A DNA stretch of 64,000 bases from Alphaproteobacteria bacterium (GCA_024743195.1 JANSXE010000011.1:54335-118334); one strand, 5' to 3'; shown: positions 1-12,532, counted from the stretch's first letter. Notes: a model not told the origin generated them from the sequence alone. Program-made: numbers and translations.

Positions 1-638
1 GCCAGCAGGTGACCGAGTTCCGCGAAGGCATCCTGCCCTGGGCGCTGCAGCATCCGGTCGCGCTGTGCTTCGACGAATACGACGCCGGCCGTCCCGACGT
101 GATGTTCGTGATCCAGCGCATCCTGGAGCGCGAGGGCAAGCTGACCCTGCTCGACCAGTCCAAGGTGATTCGCCCGAACCGGAACTTCCGCCTCTTCGCC
201 ACCGCCAACACGGTGGGGCTGGGGGATACGTCAGGGCTCTATCACGGCACCCAGCAGATCAACCAGGGCCAGATGGACCGGTGGTCCATCGTCACCACGC
301 TGAACTACCTCCCGCACGACCAGGAGGTGGAGATCGTGCTGGCCAAGTCGCCGGCCTTCGACAGCGAGGAGGGCCGCGAGCAGATCTCCGCCATGGTGCA
401 GTGCGCGGACCTGACGCGGACCGGCTTCATCGGCGGCGACATCTCGACCGTGATGAGCCCCCGCACGGTGATCACCTGGGCCGAGAACGCGCAGATCTTC
501 AACGATATCGGCTTCGCCTTCCGCGTCACCTTCCTCAACAAGTGCGACGAGACGGAACGCCCGATCATCGCCGAATATTATCAGCGCTGCTTCGGCGAGG
601 AACTGCCGGACACGGGCGTCGGCGTCCAGGTCCACTGA
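1..638 (+). CDS. cobS: Aerobic cobaltochelatase subunit CobS (MoxR-like AAA+ ATPase), 5' end outside window
   Basis: The ORF is open to the window edge and 209 C-terminal residues are visible. It has Walker B-like CFDEYD and the [13 protein letters not shown] and QGQMDRWS blocks typical of CobS. cobT follows directly. Confidence 0.85.
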   Translation, partial: QQVTEFREGILPWALQHPVALCFDEYDAGRPDVMFVIQRILEREGKLTLLDQSKVIRPNRNFRLFATANTVGLGDTSGLYHGTQQINQGQMDRWSIVTTLNYLPHDQEVEIVLAKSPAFDSEEGREQISAMVQCADLTRTGFIGGDISTVMSPRTVITWAENAQIFNDIGFAFRVTFLNKCDETERPIIAEYYQRCFGEELPDTGVGVQVH

Positions 639-661
639 CGGCCGGGCGCAAGCGAGCGAGC

Positions 662-2569
662 ATGGCCTCCACGACCGACAGGGACGGGCCGATCGAGGAC
701 TTCAAGCGGGCCAACGCGGCCTGTTTCCGGGCGGTCGCCGGCCGGCCGGAGCTCGAAGTCACCTACGGAACCGAGCCCGCCCACATGACCGGTGAGCGCG
801 CGCGCCTGCCGCAGCCGCCCAAGGTGCTGCCGCCGGACGAGGTCTCGCGCGCGCGCGGCGAGGCGGACGCGCTGGCGCTGCGCCTGCGCCATCACGACGA
901 CGGGCTGCACCGGCGCTCCAAGCCGCAGGGCGAGGTCGCGCCGATGCTGTTCGACGCGCTGGAGAGCGCCCGGGTCGAGGCCTATGGCGGGCGCAACATG
1001 TCGGGCCTGCGCGCCAATCTGGCCGGCGCGCTCGAGGCGCGCTATCGCAAGATGGGCTTCCACCGGATCGAGGAGCGCACCGAATCCGCCCTGCCCGAGG
1101 TGGTCCGTCTGCTCGCGCGCGAGCGGATGACGGGCGAGCCGCCGCCGCCCTCCGCGCAGCGCGTGGTGGAGCTCTGGCGACCCCATCTGGAAGGCCGCAT
1201 CGCCGAGGCCCTGAAGGCCCTCGCCCCCAAGATGGGCGATCAGGCCGCCTACGCGGAGGCCGCCCGCGCCCTGATCCGCGAGATGGACGTGGACATGGGC
1301 GAGGAGGAGCCGCAGGAGCCCGACGGCGAGCAGGACGAGCAGGAGCAACCCGAAGACGACCAGCAGGCCCGCGGCCAGTCCGAGGAGGAAGGCGGCGAGC
1401 AGCAGGAAGGCGAGGTCGAGGGCTCCGCCGACAGCGCGTCCGGCGAAGGCGAGGAGGAGAGCGAGGGAGAGTTCCTGGACGAGGACCTCGCCGGCGAGAT
1501 GATGCAGGCGCCCGGCGCCGACGATCCGGGCGATTCCGGCCGGCGCTGGCGGCCGGAGCACGATCTCTCCAACCTGCCGAAGGAGAAGTTCTACCGCGCC
1601 TTCACCGAGGGCTTCGACGAAGTGGTGGCGGCCGAAGACCTGTGCGATCCGGAGGAGCTGACGCGGCTGCGCGCCATGCTGGACCAGCAGTTGAGCCACC
1701 TGCAAGGCGTGATCGGCCGCCTCGCCAACCGGATGCAGCGCCGCCTGATGGCGCAGCAGCAGCGCTCCTGGGACTTCGATCTCGAGGAGGGCGTGCTCGA
1801 CACCGGCCGCTTGAGCCGCGTCGTCACCAACCCGACCCACCCGCTCTCCTTCAAGCAGGAGAGCGAGTTGGAGTTCCGCGACACCATCGTCACGCTCCTG
1901 ATCGACAATTCCGGCTCGATGCGCGGCCGGCCGATCTCGATCGCGGCGATCAGCGCCGACATCCTGGCGCGCACGCTGGAGCGCTGCGGCGTCAAGGCGG
2001 AGATCCTGGGCTTCACCACCCGCGCCTGGAAGGGCGGCCAGAGCCGCGAGGCCTGGATCGCCGACGGCAAGCCGGCCAATCCAGGCCGCCTCAACGATCT
2101 GCGCCATATCGTCTACAAGCCGGCCGACCAGCCCTATCGACGGGCGCGCAAGAATCTCGGCCTGATGCTGCGCGAGGGGCTGCTCAAAGAGAATATCGAC
2201 GGCGAGGCGCTGATGTGGGCGCACCAGCGCCTAATCGCCCGGCCGGAGGAGCGGCGCGTTCTGATGGTGATTTCCGACGGCGCGCCGGTGGATGATTCCA
2301 CGCTTTCCGTGAATCCGGGCAACTATCTCGAGCGCCATCTGCGCGATGTGATCGAGTATATAGAGACCCACAGCCCGGTCGAACTGGTCGCCATCGGCAT
2401 CGGCCATGACGTCACCCGCTATTACCGGCGCGCGGTGACGCTGGTGGATGCGGAGCAGCTCGGCGGCGCCATGATGGATCAACTCGCCGATCTGTTCGAA
2501 AGCGAAGCCGACCTGCCGCGCGGCCGCCGCACGCAGGCGAGGCTGGAGCCGATCCGCGCGCGGCGGTGA
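662..2569 (+). CDS. cobT: Cobaltochelatase subunit CobT (vWA domain protein)
   Basis: ATG at 662, 24 nt after the cobS stop, gives 635 aa. There is a central acidic low-complexity tract ([20 protein letters not shown]...) and a C-terminal vWA/MIDAS motif [11 protein letters not shown]. The listed 834-aa ORF (65..2569) is a 5' over-extension across cobS. Confidence 0.85.
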   Translation: MASTTDRDGPIEDFKRANAACFRAVAGRPELEVTYGTEPAHMTGERARLPQPPKVLPPDEVSRARGEADALALRLRHHDDGLHRRSKPQGEVAPMLFDALESARVEAYGGRNMSGLRANLAGALEARYRKMGFHRIEERTESALPEVVRLLARERMTGEPPPPSAQRVVELWRPHLEGRIAEALKALAPKMGDQAAYAEAARALIREMDVDMGEEEPQEPDGEQDEQEQPEDDQQARGQSEEEGGEQQEGEVEGSADSASGEGEEESEGEFLDEDLAGEMMQAPGADDPGDSGRRWRPEHDLSNLPKEKFYRAFTEGFDEVVAAEDLCDPEELTRLRAMLDQQLSHLQGVIGRLANRMQRRLMAQQQRSWDFDLEEGVLDTGRLSRVVTNPTHPLSFKQESELEFRDTIVTLLIDNSGSMRGRPISIAAISADILARTLERCGVKAEILGFTTRAWKGGQSREAWIADGKPANPGRLNDLRHIVYKPADQPYRRARKNLGLMLREGLLKENIDGEALMWAHQRLIARPEERRVLMVISDGAPVDDSTLSVNPGNYLERHLRDVIEYIETHSPVELVAIGIGHDVTRYYRRAVTLVDAEQLGGAMMDQLADLFESEADLPRGRRTQARLEPIRARR

Positions 2570-2636
2570 CGCGCCCGGCCGAAGAGCCCAAGCTCAACCC
2601 CGCACCTGTCCGGTTAAGGTCCAGCCCGCCGGCGCG

Positions 2637-5297
2637 TTACTGGAACTGATCCAGCAAGCGGTCGATGTAGTCGAGCTCCAGATCCGGACGGCCGCGTTCG
2701 CCGGCGCGGCGGCGCAGTTCGTCGCGAATCTCGCGCGAGCGCTGCATCTCCATGCCGCTCGGCACCTCGACCTGACCGTCGGCCGCGCCGCGGAAGGTGT
2801 CGGACGGGCGCCGGCCGAGCGGGTCCATGCTCTCCATCCCGCCCTCGCCCATCATCTGCTGGCCCATGCCGGGCTGCTGGCTGAAGCGCTCCATCATCGC
2901 CTCGCGCGCCGCCTCGGCCGCCGACTGAAGCTGGTCCAGGGCGCGGCCCTGCGGGTCCACCGCGTCGCCCGGGGCGCCGCGCCGCAAGGCGTCTGTCGAT
3001 TGCCGCATCTCGCCTTCCGCCGCGCCGAAGGGGGAGGGGATGTCCCCCATCATCTCGCCGAACTGCCGCATCACCTCGCCCAACTGGCGGCGCAGCGCCT
3101 CCTGCAGCGCCGCTTCGGGGGAGGAAGCCGAAGAGCCGTTGGGCGATTGGCCGCTGCGCCCCTCGCCGCCGCGCGGGGTTTGGCCCGGCAGGTTCTGCAT
3201 GCCCTCGCCGCGCTCGCCGGGCTGGCCCCGCTGCGCCTGATCGAAGGTGCGGTCCAGCAGCTCCTGCTGGCCGCGCATCACGTCCTGCAGATCCTGCAGC
3301 ATCTCCATCGCCTGCCGCGCGTCGGGCGACATCTGCGGCATGACGCCGGCGCGCATGTTCTCCATCATCTGCTGCAATTGGCTCAGCATCTGCTGGGCGG
3401 CGTCGCGCATGCCGTTCCGCATCATCTCGCGGATCTGATCCATTATCTCGTTCAGATCCTGCGGGCGCACGGTCTGCGCCTGATCGGGGGAGATCATGGG
3501 CGGCTGTTCGCCGCGCTCCTGCATCTCGCGCAACTGGTCGGCCATCGCCTCCATATACTCGCTCATGGCTTGCTGCAGTTCGTCCATCAGGCGCTCCAGC
3601 TCCGCCATGTCGGCGTCGCGATCCAGCGCCTCCTGCAGCGCGCGTTCGGCCGCGCGCAGCCGCTCCAACGCCAGGGACGCGCCGCCGTCCTCGAGATGGA
3701 GCGCGGTCTCCCAGAGCTGCTGCAGCAAGGCCTCGACGGTCTCGTCGGAGGGCTCCCGCCCGCGATTGTCCAGGTCGAGCCGCCGCACCGCCGCATTAAG
3801 CGACAGGAACACGGCCGTGTCGGAGCCGTACTGCTCCGGCGTCGAGGCGAGCGCGTCGAGCCCGTCCCGCACCGCCTCGCGGTTGGCGGTCGGGTTCCAG
3901 GCGAGCTGGCGGCGGAAATCGACGATCGCCTGCGCGACGGGATGCTGGAAGACGCGTTGCGGCAGGGTCAGCGGGACCGGCTCGCTCGCGGCGCTCTGGC
4001 CGATCGCGTCCTCGACCGTCAGCGTCATCAGCACCTCGCCGCCGGCCCAGGGATGGGCGGTGAAGTCGCGGAAGCTCGAGAGCGCCTCGCCGTTGCGCGC
4101 GGGGCCGGGCGCGGGCAGCTCGACCTCGATCTCGGCCCCGTCCTCGACCGGGCCGTCGATCCGGGTGAAGCGCGCCCGCACGCTCTCCACGCCGTAATCG
4201 TCCGCGGCCTCGTAGGTGATGCGCAGCGAGAGCTGCGGCGTGGTGAAGGGCGGCTCGGGAACGCGGATCGTCGGCGGCCGATCCGGCGTCGCCGCGATGC
4301 GCCACTCGGCCGCGGCGCGGCCCTCGATTTCCAAACGGTAGGCGCCGTCGCGGACAATCTCGGTCTCAAGCCGCCGCGCCTCGACGCCGAAGGGCTCGAA
4401 CGCAACGGCCGCGCCGTCGGGCCCGATCAGGACAGGCTCCGACGGCGGGTTCGCCACCTGGATCGAGAGGCGCGAGCCCACCGGCGCGGCGATCGCCTCG
4501 CGCGCGGCCGCAGCCGCGTCGGCGGGCGCTGCGGCCGCGCCGTCGGCGCCGCCGCCGCGCTGGTCGCGCACGCCGCTGCGGTCGAGGAAGATCGGGGCCA
4601 GGCCGGTATAGTCGGGCGGCGCGATCCAGGCGTCCACCGCGACCTGAACAGCCGCCGCCGGGTCCGAGAAGCTGGGGACGAGGGCCGCGGCGATGCGCTC
4701 CCCGCTGCGCCCGCCCGACGCCAGCAGCGCCGCCGCCAGAAGCACGAAGGCCAGGATCCGAAGGGCGCGCGGGTCGCGTCCCGCGATGCGCGGGCTGGGC
4801 GCGCCGACGCGCAAGCCCGCGAGGCGCCGCGCGGCGCGTCGCCGGTGCTCCGCCCAGAGCGCCCGGGCCGCCGGCGACGGATCGCTCGGCCGGTCGGCGA
4901 GCGCTTCGAGCGGCCGATCGCCGAGATCGTTCACCCGCTCCAACCGGCGTCGCGCGTCGCCGGGCCGCGGCGCTGCAATGCGCAGCGCCCCGCGGATCGT
5001 CAGACTCGCGAAGCCTGCGGCGAACAGGATCAGCAGCGCGCTGTGCGCCCAGCCGCCGAGCGTCGGCAGCACTCCCGACGCCGCCAGCGCTAGGAAGAGC
5101 GCCGCGAGCGCAGCCGCCGGCCACAGCTCGCGCCAGATCCGCTCCCAAAGAAGCGCCGTCCAGGACAGTGCGACCCGAAGCGCCATGGCCGCGACCGGGG
5201 CGCGCGGAGCGCGACGCTGCGCCGAGCCGTCGGGGTGCGCGTCGCCCGCCTGCGGCGCGGCGTCGCGTGCGTCCCCCCGGTTCGGCGCGTCGGTCAT
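2637..5297 (-). CDS. TIGR02302/DUF4175-type conserved alphaproteobacterial membrane protein with Gln/Met/Gly-rich low-complexity C-terminal region
   Basis: 886 aa with N-terminal TM helices (LWPAAALAALFLALAASGVLP, SALLILFAAGFASL) and a long C-terminal region of M/Q/E-rich repeats (MLSQLQQMMENMRAGVMPQM...). The ATG overlaps the lysA stop (ATGA at 5294-5297). The family assignment is from memory of the family description, not from a search. Confidence 0.6.
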   Translation of the reverse strand: MTDAPNRGDARDAAPQAGDAHPDGSAQRRAPRAPVAAMALRVALSWTALLWERIWRELWPAAALAALFLALAASGVLPTLGGWAHSALLILFAAGFASLTIRGALRIAAPRPGDARRRLERVNDLGDRPLEALADRPSDPSPAARALWAEHRRRAARRLAGLRVGAPSPRIAGRDPRALRILAFVLLAAALLASGGRSGERIAAALVPSFSDPAAAVQVAVDAWIAPPDYTGLAPIFLDRSGVRDQRGGGADGAAAAPADAAAAAREAIAAPVGSRLSIQVANPPSEPVLIGPDGAAVAFEPFGVEARRLETEIVRDGAYRLEIEGRAAAEWRIAATPDRPPTIRVPEPPFTTPQLSLRITYEAADDYGVESVRARFTRIDGPVEDGAEIEVELPAPGPARNGEALSSFRDFTAHPWAGGEVLMTLTVEDAIGQSAASEPVPLTLPQRVFQHPVAQAIVDFRRQLAWNPTANREAVRDGLDALASTPEQYGSDTAVFLSLNAAVRRLDLDNRGREPSDETVEALLQQLWETALHLEDGGASLALERLRAAERALQEALDRDADMAELERLMDELQQAMSEYMEAMADQLREMQERGEQPPMISPDQAQTVRPQDLNEIMDQIREMMRNGMRDAAQQMLSQLQQMMENMRAGVMPQMSPDARQAMEMLQDLQDVMRGQQELLDRTFDQAQRGQPGERGEGMQNLPGQTPRGGEGRSGQSPNGSSASSPEAALQEALRRQLGEVMRQFGEMMGDIPSPFGAAEGEMRQSTDALRRGAPGDAVDPQGRALDQLQSAAEAAREAMMERFSQQPGMGQQMMGEGGMESMDPLGRRPSDTFRGAADGQVEVPSGMEMQRSREIRDELRRRAGERGRPDLELDYIDRLLDQFQ

Positions 5298-6646
5298 CCG
5301 TCGGCTCCCGCCGCCCGTCTCGGCGGCTCGCTCTCGGCATCGGGCGATGCCTCTTCAAGCGATATAGGGCCGTCCGCCTCCGTCAGCCAGTCCGCCATGC
5401 GATCGAGGCCGAGCAGGTCCTGATAGCTCTGCCGCGGGCGGACCACCGCATAGCGCTCGCCCTTGACCAACACCTCGGGAACCAGCGGCCGGCTGTTGTA
5501 GGTCGACGCCATCACCGCCCCGTAGGCGCCGGCGCTGGCGAAGACGGCCAGATCGCCGGCCCGCATCTCCGGCAGCGGCCGGGCGACCGCGAAGGTGTCG
5601 CCGGTCTCGCACACCGGCCCGACCACGTCGTAGGCGACGCTCGGCGCGTCCGAGGCAGCTTCGCGCACCGGGCGGATCGCGTGATGGCCGTCATAGAGCG
5701 CCGGGCGGATCAGGTCGTTCATCGCCGCGTCGACGATCAGGAAGGTCTTCTCGCGCCCCGGCTTGACGAACAGCGTACGGGTCAGAAGCACGCCGGCGTT
5801 GCCGACGATCATCCGGCCCGGCTCCAGCATGATTGGACAGCCGAGTGGGCCCACCGTCTCCGCCACCATGGCGGCGTAGGCGTCCGGCGGCGGCGGCTCC
5901 TCCGCGCCGTAGGGAATGCCGAGGCCGCCGCCGAGGTCCAGATGCGCGATCGCGATCCCGTCCGCCCGCAGCGTGCGGGTCAGTTCCGCCACCCGCTCGA
6001 AGGCGGCCCGATAGGGCTCCAGCTCGGTCAATTGGCTGCCGATATGGACGGCGATGGAGACGGGATCGATCCCCGGCAGGGCGGCCGCCTTGGCGAAGGC
6101 GTCCCGGGCGTCCACCAGATCGATGCCGAATTTGTTCTCTTTCTTGCCGGTCGAGATCTTGGCGTGCGTCTTGGCGTCGACGTCCGGGTTGATCCGGATC
6201 GCGATCCTGGTTTCCGCGCCCAGGCTTTCGGAGACCTGGGACAGCAGTTCCAGTTCGGCGAGCGATTCCACATTGATCTGCGCGATGCCGGTTTCGATGG
6301 CGAAGGCCATCTCGGCCGCCGTCTTGCCGACGCCGGAGAAGACGATCTTCTCCGGCGCAACGCCGGCCGCCAGCGCCCGGCGCAGCTCGCCCTCCGAGAC
6401 CACGTCGGCGCCGGCGCCGCGCTGCGCCAGCGTGCGGATCACCGCGAGATTGCTGTTGGCCTTGACCGCGTAGCAGACGGTCGCCTCCAAACCGTGCGCC
6501 GCAAAGGCGTCGGCGAAGACGCGATAGTGGCGCTCCAGCGTCGCGGTCGAATAGACGTAGACGGGCGTCCCCACCTCCTCCGCGATGCGCGCCAGCGGGA
6601 CGTCCTCGGCGTGCAGCACGCCGTCGCGATAGTCGAAGTGATTCAC
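5294..6646 (-). CDS. lysA: Diaminopimelate decarboxylase
   Basis: 450 aa. The N-terminus DGVLHAEDVPLARIAEEVGTPVYVYS, the PLP-Lys context CYAVKANSN and EPGR...CETGD are typical LysA. The GTG start overlaps the stop of the upstream lipoprotein gene (GTGA). Confidence 0.9.
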   Translation of the reverse strand: MNHFDYRDGVLHAEDVPLARIAEEVGTPVYVYSTATLERHYRVFADAFAAHGLEATVCYAVKANSNLAVIRTLAQRGAGADVVSEGELRRALAAGVAPEKIVFSGVGKTAAEMAFAIETGIAQINVESLAELELLSQVSESLGAETRIAIRINPDVDAKTHAKISTGKKENKFGIDLVDARDAFAKAAALPGIDPVSIAVHIGSQLTELEPYRAAFERVAELTRTLRADGIAIAHLDLGGGLGIPYGAEEPPPPDAYAAMVAETVGPLGCPIMLEPGRMIVGNAGVLLTRTLFVKPGREKTFLIVDAAMNDLIRPALYDGHHAIRPVREAASDAPSVAYDVVGPVCETGDTFAVARPLPEMRAGDLAVFASAGAYGAVMASTYNSRPLVPEVLVKGERYAVVRPRQSYQDLLGLDRMADWLTEADGPISLEEASPDAESEPPRRAAGADG

Positions 6647-6821
6647 GACGACGCCCCTTGCGGATAGGTGCGGGGATAAGGCGCCTCATCCCCTGCAGGC
6701 GGCTTCGGGGGCCCCTTCTTGCCGCAGGCGGCGACGGCCCCGCCGGCCATCAGGGCGATCAGCAGCGCCGCCGCAAGGCGTCGCGCGACGGGCGCGCGCT
6801 GTGAAGTGGGGAGCCGTTCGG

Positions 6822-6825
<4 letters not shown>
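6643..6825 (-). CDS. Small lipoprotein, LptM/YifL-like
   Basis: 60 aa with a signal peptide ending in lipobox AVAAC followed by GKKGPPKPP (the CG-KGP-P pattern of YifL/LptM-type lipoproteins). It sits between argH and lysA with 4-nt overlaps on both sides. Confidence 0.6.
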
Positions 6826-8240
<1,415 letters not shown>

Positions 8241-8401
8241 GATCCGACACCCTGTTGCTGACCGCGCGACCGCCTCGCCGCCGTCCGCGCCCTGATGCGC
8301 CGCACTCCCTTGTATCGGCGGCCGCTTACCCTATACCGTTGCGGGCGAGAGGATCGCCGCCCGTTGACGGGCCGCGAACCGCCCGACCGGAGGAGACAGA
8401 C

Positions 8402-9112
8402 ATGCCGCGCCGCGCCGCCCCGGCGAAGACCGCCCCGGCCATGCTTGCGCCCGCCACGATCACGCCCCCAACGATCGCGCCCGCCACGATCGGGTGGGCC
8501 GCCGGCGGCCGCATCTGCGCAACCCGGCGTCGCCTTCTGGCGGGCCTCGGCGCGGCGCTGGCGGCGGCTGCGGCGGGGCTGCCCGGCCGGCCGGCGCGCG
8601 CGGCGGACTATCCGCCGACGGATGGGGCAATGCAAGGCTTCATCCTGCTGGAATCGCGGCGACCCGCCACGCGGACGCCCTTCTTCGACGTGGCCGGCGC
8701 CGTGCGGCATTTCGGCGACTTCGCGGGCCAAGTGCTGTTGGTGAACTTCTGGGCGACCTGGTGCGCGCCCTGCATCCGCGAGATGCCGGCGCTGGCGCGT
8801 CTGCAGGACAGCCTGGGCGGTCCGGACTTTTCGGTTCTGGCGATCAGTCAGGACCGCGGGGGCGCCGCGGTCGCCGAACCCTTCGTGCGCGAGCGGCTGG
8901 CTCTCCCCGACCTGCCGCTGCTCTACGATCCGAAGCTGGCCTTGGGCCGCAGTATGGGCGTCCGGGGCCTGCCCACCACCTTCGCGATCGACCGGCAGGG
9001 TCGGGTGGTCGGTTACCTGACCGGCCTGGCGGAGTGGGATTCGCCGGACGCCGAACGGCTGATCCGCCACCTCATCGCCGAGGCTGGGCCCGAGGCGATG
9101 CAGGACGCCTGA
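8402..9112 (+). CDS. TlpA-family periplasmic thiol:disulfide oxidoreductase
   Basis: Thioredoxin fold with active site WATWCAPC, a twin-arginine-like signal TRRRLLAGLGAALAAAAA, and a GLPTTF cis-Pro loop. The start was chosen at the first ATG (8402) inside the longer listed ORF, so the exact start is uncertain. Confidence 0.75.
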   Translation: MPRRAAPAKTAPAMLAPATITPPTIAPATIGWAAGGRICATRRRLLAGLGAALAAAAAGLPGRPARAADYPPTDGAMQGFILLESRRPATRTPFFDVAGAVRHFGDFAGQVLLVNFWATWCAPCIREMPALARLQDSLGGPDFSVLAISQDRGGAAVAEPFVRERLALPDLPLLYDPKLALGRSMGVRGLPTTFAIDRQGRVVGYLTGLAEWDSPDAERLIRHLIAEAGPEAMQDA

Positions 9113-9346
9113 CCGCCCCTCGACGCGTCCGGCGGATCGCCGGGTCGGCGCCCGCGCTAACGATTCATTAAGATTTGCGCCCTATGGTGCTAGGCGGTGG
9201 GATTCCCACCACCATTCGGCGGTCGTCATACGGCGCGAATCGAGGCCATATTGGCGGAAAACGTCATGCGGCCACCCGTCAGGAGCCGCTGAAGAACAGC
9301 GGGAGGAGCGCCGCGGCGGCGGCGCGGAGAAAGGCGAGACGGCGCC

Positions 9347-10423
9347 ATGCAGCGAGCAAGCGGACGAAACGGTCGGCGGAGCCTGGGCCTTGGGGTCTGG
9401 GCGCTGCTTCTGCTCGGCGCGGCCGCCGCCGCCGCGGACCGCGCGGCGGCGCACGGCCAGCCGAATGACGGAATAGTGCTCGAGCGCATCCAGCAGCAGG
9501 GGCTGTTGCGCTGCGGCGTGATCCGCAGCGGCCTCGGCGTGTCCGAGATCGACCCGACCGGCCGATGGACCGGCTTCTTTCCCGACCTGTGCCGCGCGGT
9601 GGCGGCGGCGGTGGTCGGCGATCCGGATGCCGTCGAGTGGGTCGAGGTCAATTACGTGGTGCGCTTCGAGGCCTTGAATTCCGACGCCTTCGACGTGCTG
9701 ATGGCGAACACGACGTGGACCGCGTCGCGCGACACGGAACTCGGCCTCGCCTTCACCCAGCCGGTCTTTTACGACGGACAGGGATTCCTCGCCCATCGCG
9801 ATCTCGGCGCCGTGCGCCTCGACGAGATCGGCGCCGCCAGCGTGTGCGTCAGCCGCAACACGACGACGATCCAGAACCTGGAGGAGTTGATTCGAACGCG
9901 TTACCCGACCCTGGAGGTGAAAGCGTACGACTCCATAGAAGGCGTCTATTCGTCCTTCTTCGCGCGGGAATGCGATATGATGACCCAGGATCGGGTCGCG
10001 CTGGTCTCGCAACGCCTGAACCGAGGGGCCGCGCCGGAGAACTACGTGCTGTTGGAGGACGTCGTCTCGAAGGAGCCGTTGGGACCCGCCGTCCGCACGG
10101 ACGACGAAGATTGGTTCGACATCGTGCAATGGGTCATGTTCGCGCTTATTCTGGCGGAGGAGCATGGGATCACGCGCGCCGAGGTCGAGACCTATGCCGG
10201 GACCGGGCCCCCGGAGCTGCGTCGCCTGCTCGGTCACGCCCCCGGCGTCGGCGCCCTGTTCGGATTGGATGACATGTGGGCGCGCCGCGCGATCGCCGCC
10301 GTCGGGAACTATGGCGAGATTTACGCGCGCAATCTCGGGACGGGCTCGCCACTCGGCGTGGCCCGCGGGCTGAACGCCCTGTGGACCGAAGGGGGGCTGC
10401 TCTACGCCCCGCCGCTGCGGTGA
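9347..10423 (+). CDS. Periplasmic substrate-binding protein, family 3 (AapJ/BztA general amino-acid-binding type)
   Basis: 358 aa with a signal peptide (LGVWALLLLGAAAAAA). The blocks LLRCGV, FDVLMANTTWT, YDGQGFL and a C-terminal GLLYAPPLR resemble AapJ-type binding proteins. No ABC permease or ATPase is adjacent. Confidence 0.7.
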   Translation: MQRASGRNGRRSLGLGVWALLLLGAAAAAADRAAAHGQPNDGIVLERIQQQGLLRCGVIRSGLGVSEIDPTGRWTGFFPDLCRAVAAAVVGDPDAVEWVEVNYVVRFEALNSDAFDVLMANTTWTASRDTELGLAFTQPVFYDGQGFLAHRDLGAVRLDEIGAASVCVSRNTTTIQNLEELIRTRYPTLEVKAYDSIEGVYSSFFARECDMMTQDRVALVSQRLNRGAAPENYVLLEDVVSKEPLGPAVRTDDEDWFDIVQWVMFALILAEEHGITRAEVETYAGTGPPELRRLLGHAPGVGALFGLDDMWARRAIAAVGNYGEIYARNLGTGSPLGVARGLNALWTEGGLLYAPPLR

Positions 10424-10497
10424 CGGCTCCGCCGACGGCCCGATCGCGCGGGCCGACCGCGCGCGCGGTCCGTCGCCCGAAAGGAGGCGCCTGAACA

Positions 10498-12525
10498 GTG
10501 CGCTGGTCGCTGATCTCCGTGCGGTTCGTCGCCGCTATCGCACTGCTCGGGCTCGTCGCCTGCGGCGGTCTGCTGGCGGCCTTGCTCGCGTTCCAGGATT
10601 TGCGCGCGGGGTTCGACGAGTTGCGCGGCCGCACGCTGCAGGAGCTGATCGATTCCGGGCGCGTTGCGCAGTATTCGCAAGGCATCGCCTCCACGGCGCC
10701 GCAGCTTGGCGCGGTCGAGACCGACATCGCGCGGCGCACCATCAATCACGAGATCGCCGATCAGTTGCGGCTGCTGGACGACTACCTCGCCTCGCTGGCG
10801 GCCGGCGCTGCGCTCGACGGGACCGACGGGTCCGAGGCTCTGCGCCGCCTGGAGGAGGAGCGGACGGCCTTGGTCGAGAACCTGGCCGCGATCGACCAGA
10901 CGGTCGGCGAACGGCTCGCCGTCGAGACCCGTTTCAAGCGTCATCTGGCCGAAGCCCGCGCTCTCATCGACCGGGCGAGCGCGCTGCATTCGACCGTGAT
11001 CGACCCCACGCTCCTGTTCGGGCCCGATCCGGCCCCGCCGGAGCTGCTGGGCGCGGTCAATCTCTGGAAGGAGATGCTCGACGGCGTGCTGACCGAGGCG
11101 ATCACCTTGCCCGGCGTCGAAAACGCCGCCCTGCTGCGCCGCAACGAGCGGCGCGCCGCCGATCTGTACGGGCAGGCGCGCAACGCCGTCGCGGCGGTCG
11201 ACGCGGCGCCGCCCGAGGTGCGCGATGCGATGCGCGACCTGCTGGGGGCGGCCGGCGCGCTGATCCAAGGGCCGGACAGCATCTTCGGCGTCAAGGCGCG
11301 GCTCAGCGCGCTGCGCCAGACCGAGCAGGGGCTGCTGACGCGCAACAAGATCCTGGCGAACCGCTTCGTCGGCGCCTCGCGCGCGCTGTCGGCCTATCTT
11401 CAGACCCGCACCGCCGACATGAGCGCCCGCTACAGCCGCGCAGCGCAGGACAATTCGCTGATGCTGATTGGCCTCGCGCTGGGCGTGATCGGCGGGGTCG
11501 CGGGCATCTGGCTCTATGCGCGGCGGCGCATTCTGAACCGGCTGACGCGGCTGCGCGGCGCCCTGGAGGCGCAGCGCGGCGGACGGGCCGCCGACATCCC
11601 GACCGATGGGGCCGACGAGATTTCCGAGATCGCGGCGGCCGCGCGGCATTTCGTCGAGGCCGTCGTCGAGCGCGAGCAGCGGCTGCGCCTCGCCAAGGAG
11701 GAGGCGGAACGGCTGGCCGAGGAAGCGGAGGCGGCCAACCGCGCCAAGTCGATCTTCCTCGCCAATATGAGCCACGAGCTGCGCACGCCGCTGAACGCGA
11801 TCATCGGCTTTTCCGACCTGCTGTCGGAAGGGGCGACGCCGGCGAACAAGGTTTCGGAATACGCCGGCGACATCAACGGCAGCGGCCGGCATCTGCTGCT
11901 CCTGATCAACGATCTGCTCGACTACACCAAGATCGAGGCGGGTCAGCGCGAACTCGCCCCCGCGCCCCTCGACGCGCGGCAGGCGATCGAGGATCTGGAG
12001 CGTCTGGTCCAGGTGCAGATGAGCGAGCGGGGGCTGTCGATCGCCTACGACTTCCCGAAGGACGCGCGCGTCCGCGCCGATCCGACCGCTTTCCGCCAAG
12101 TGATCCTGAACCTCTTGAGCAACGCCGCGAAATTCTCCTACGAGGGGCAGGTGATCCGCGTGTCGGCTGCGCGCGAAAACGGGCGTCTTGCGATCTCGGT
12201 CGCCGACCGCGGCATCGGGATCGCGCCGGAAGAAATCGAGCGCGTCATGCAGCCCTTCCACCAGGAAACCGCCAGCTACACCAAGCATGTCGGCGGCACG
12301 GGGCTGGGCCTCGCCATCGTCGACAGCCTCGTGCGCCTGCATGGCGGCGAAACGCGGATCGACAGCGTGAAGAACGAGGGGGCGACGGTCACCGTCTCGT
12401 TCCCGCTGGCGGACGCGCCGGTCTCGCCGGACGCCGAGGTCGCCGCGCCCGAGCCTGGCGAGGAGCCGGCCGGCTCCGCCGCCGCGTCTGCGGCCGCACC
12501 GCGCCGGCGCGCCGCCGGCGGCTGA
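10498..12525 (+). CDS. Membrane sensor histidine kinase (HisKA + HATPase_c), no cognate response regulator adjacent
   Basis: 675 aa. There are two TM segments flanking a ~280-aa predicted periplasmic helical domain, then H-box [19 protein letters not shown]-box [10 protein letters not shown]1 DRGIGI and G2 [10 protein letters not shown]. Confidence 0.85.
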   Translation: MRWSLISVRFVAAIALLGLVACGGLLAALLAFQDLRAGFDELRGRTLQELIDSGRVAQYSQGIASTAPQLGAVETDIARRTINHEIADQLRLLDDYLASLAAGAALDGTDGSEALRRLEEERTALVENLAAIDQTVGERLAVETRFKRHLAEARALIDRASALHSTVIDPTLLFGPDPAPPELLGAVNLWKEMLDGVLTEAITLPGVENAALLRRNERRAADLYGQARNAVAAVDAAPPEVRDAMRDLLGAAGALIQGPDSIFGVKARLSALRQTEQGLLTRNKILANRFVGASRALSAYLQTRTADMSARYSRAAQDNSLMLIGLALGVIGGVAGIWLYARRRILNRLTRLRGALEAQRGGRAADIPTDGADEISEIAAAARHFVEAVVEREQRLRLAKEEAERLAEEAEAANRAKSIFLANMSHELRTPLNAIIGFSDLLSEGATPANKVSEYAGDINGSGRHLLLLINDLLDYTKIEAGQRELAPAPLDARQAIEDLERLVQVQMSERGLSIAYDFPKDARVRADPTAFRQVILNLLSNAAKFSYEGQVIRVSAARENGRLAISVADRGIGIAPEEIERVMQPFHQETASYTKHVGGTGLGLAIVDSLVRLHGGETRIDSVKNEGATVTVSFPLADAPVSPDAEVAAPEPGEEPAGSAAASAAAPRRRAAGG

Positions 12526-12532
12526 GCGCCTG

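Noticed and set aside
581-2224. Long antisense ORFs opposite real genes (for example 581..2224 -, 3000..5093 +, 10402..12342 -, 26139..28088 -, 34729..36057 +, 48850..50943 +, 52353..54980 -, 63070..63975 -)
   Set aside because: All are shadow ORFs of clearly recognisable genes on the other strand (cobT, DUF4175, the kinase, clpB, dapE, the Mo subunit, dctM/hydrolase, the AMP-ligase). Their translations are Arg/Gly/Pro/Ala-rich with no motifs, as expected when stop codons are rare at about 70% GC.
65-2569. 834-aa ORF that would fuse a long N-terminal extension to CobT
   Set aside because: The first ~199 codons overlap cobS in another frame and translate to Arg/Pro/Gly-rich nonsense typical of off-frame high-GC sequence. 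A clean ATG at 662, just after the cobS stop, gives a normal-length CobT.
1-2569. A cobalamin riboswitch or full cob operon associated with cobS-cobT and the PduO-type transferase
   Set aside because: No cobN or other cob genes, and no B12-box-like leader, are visible in the window. cobS/cobT commonly occur as an isolated pair in Alphaproteobacteria, so nothing unusual can be claimed.
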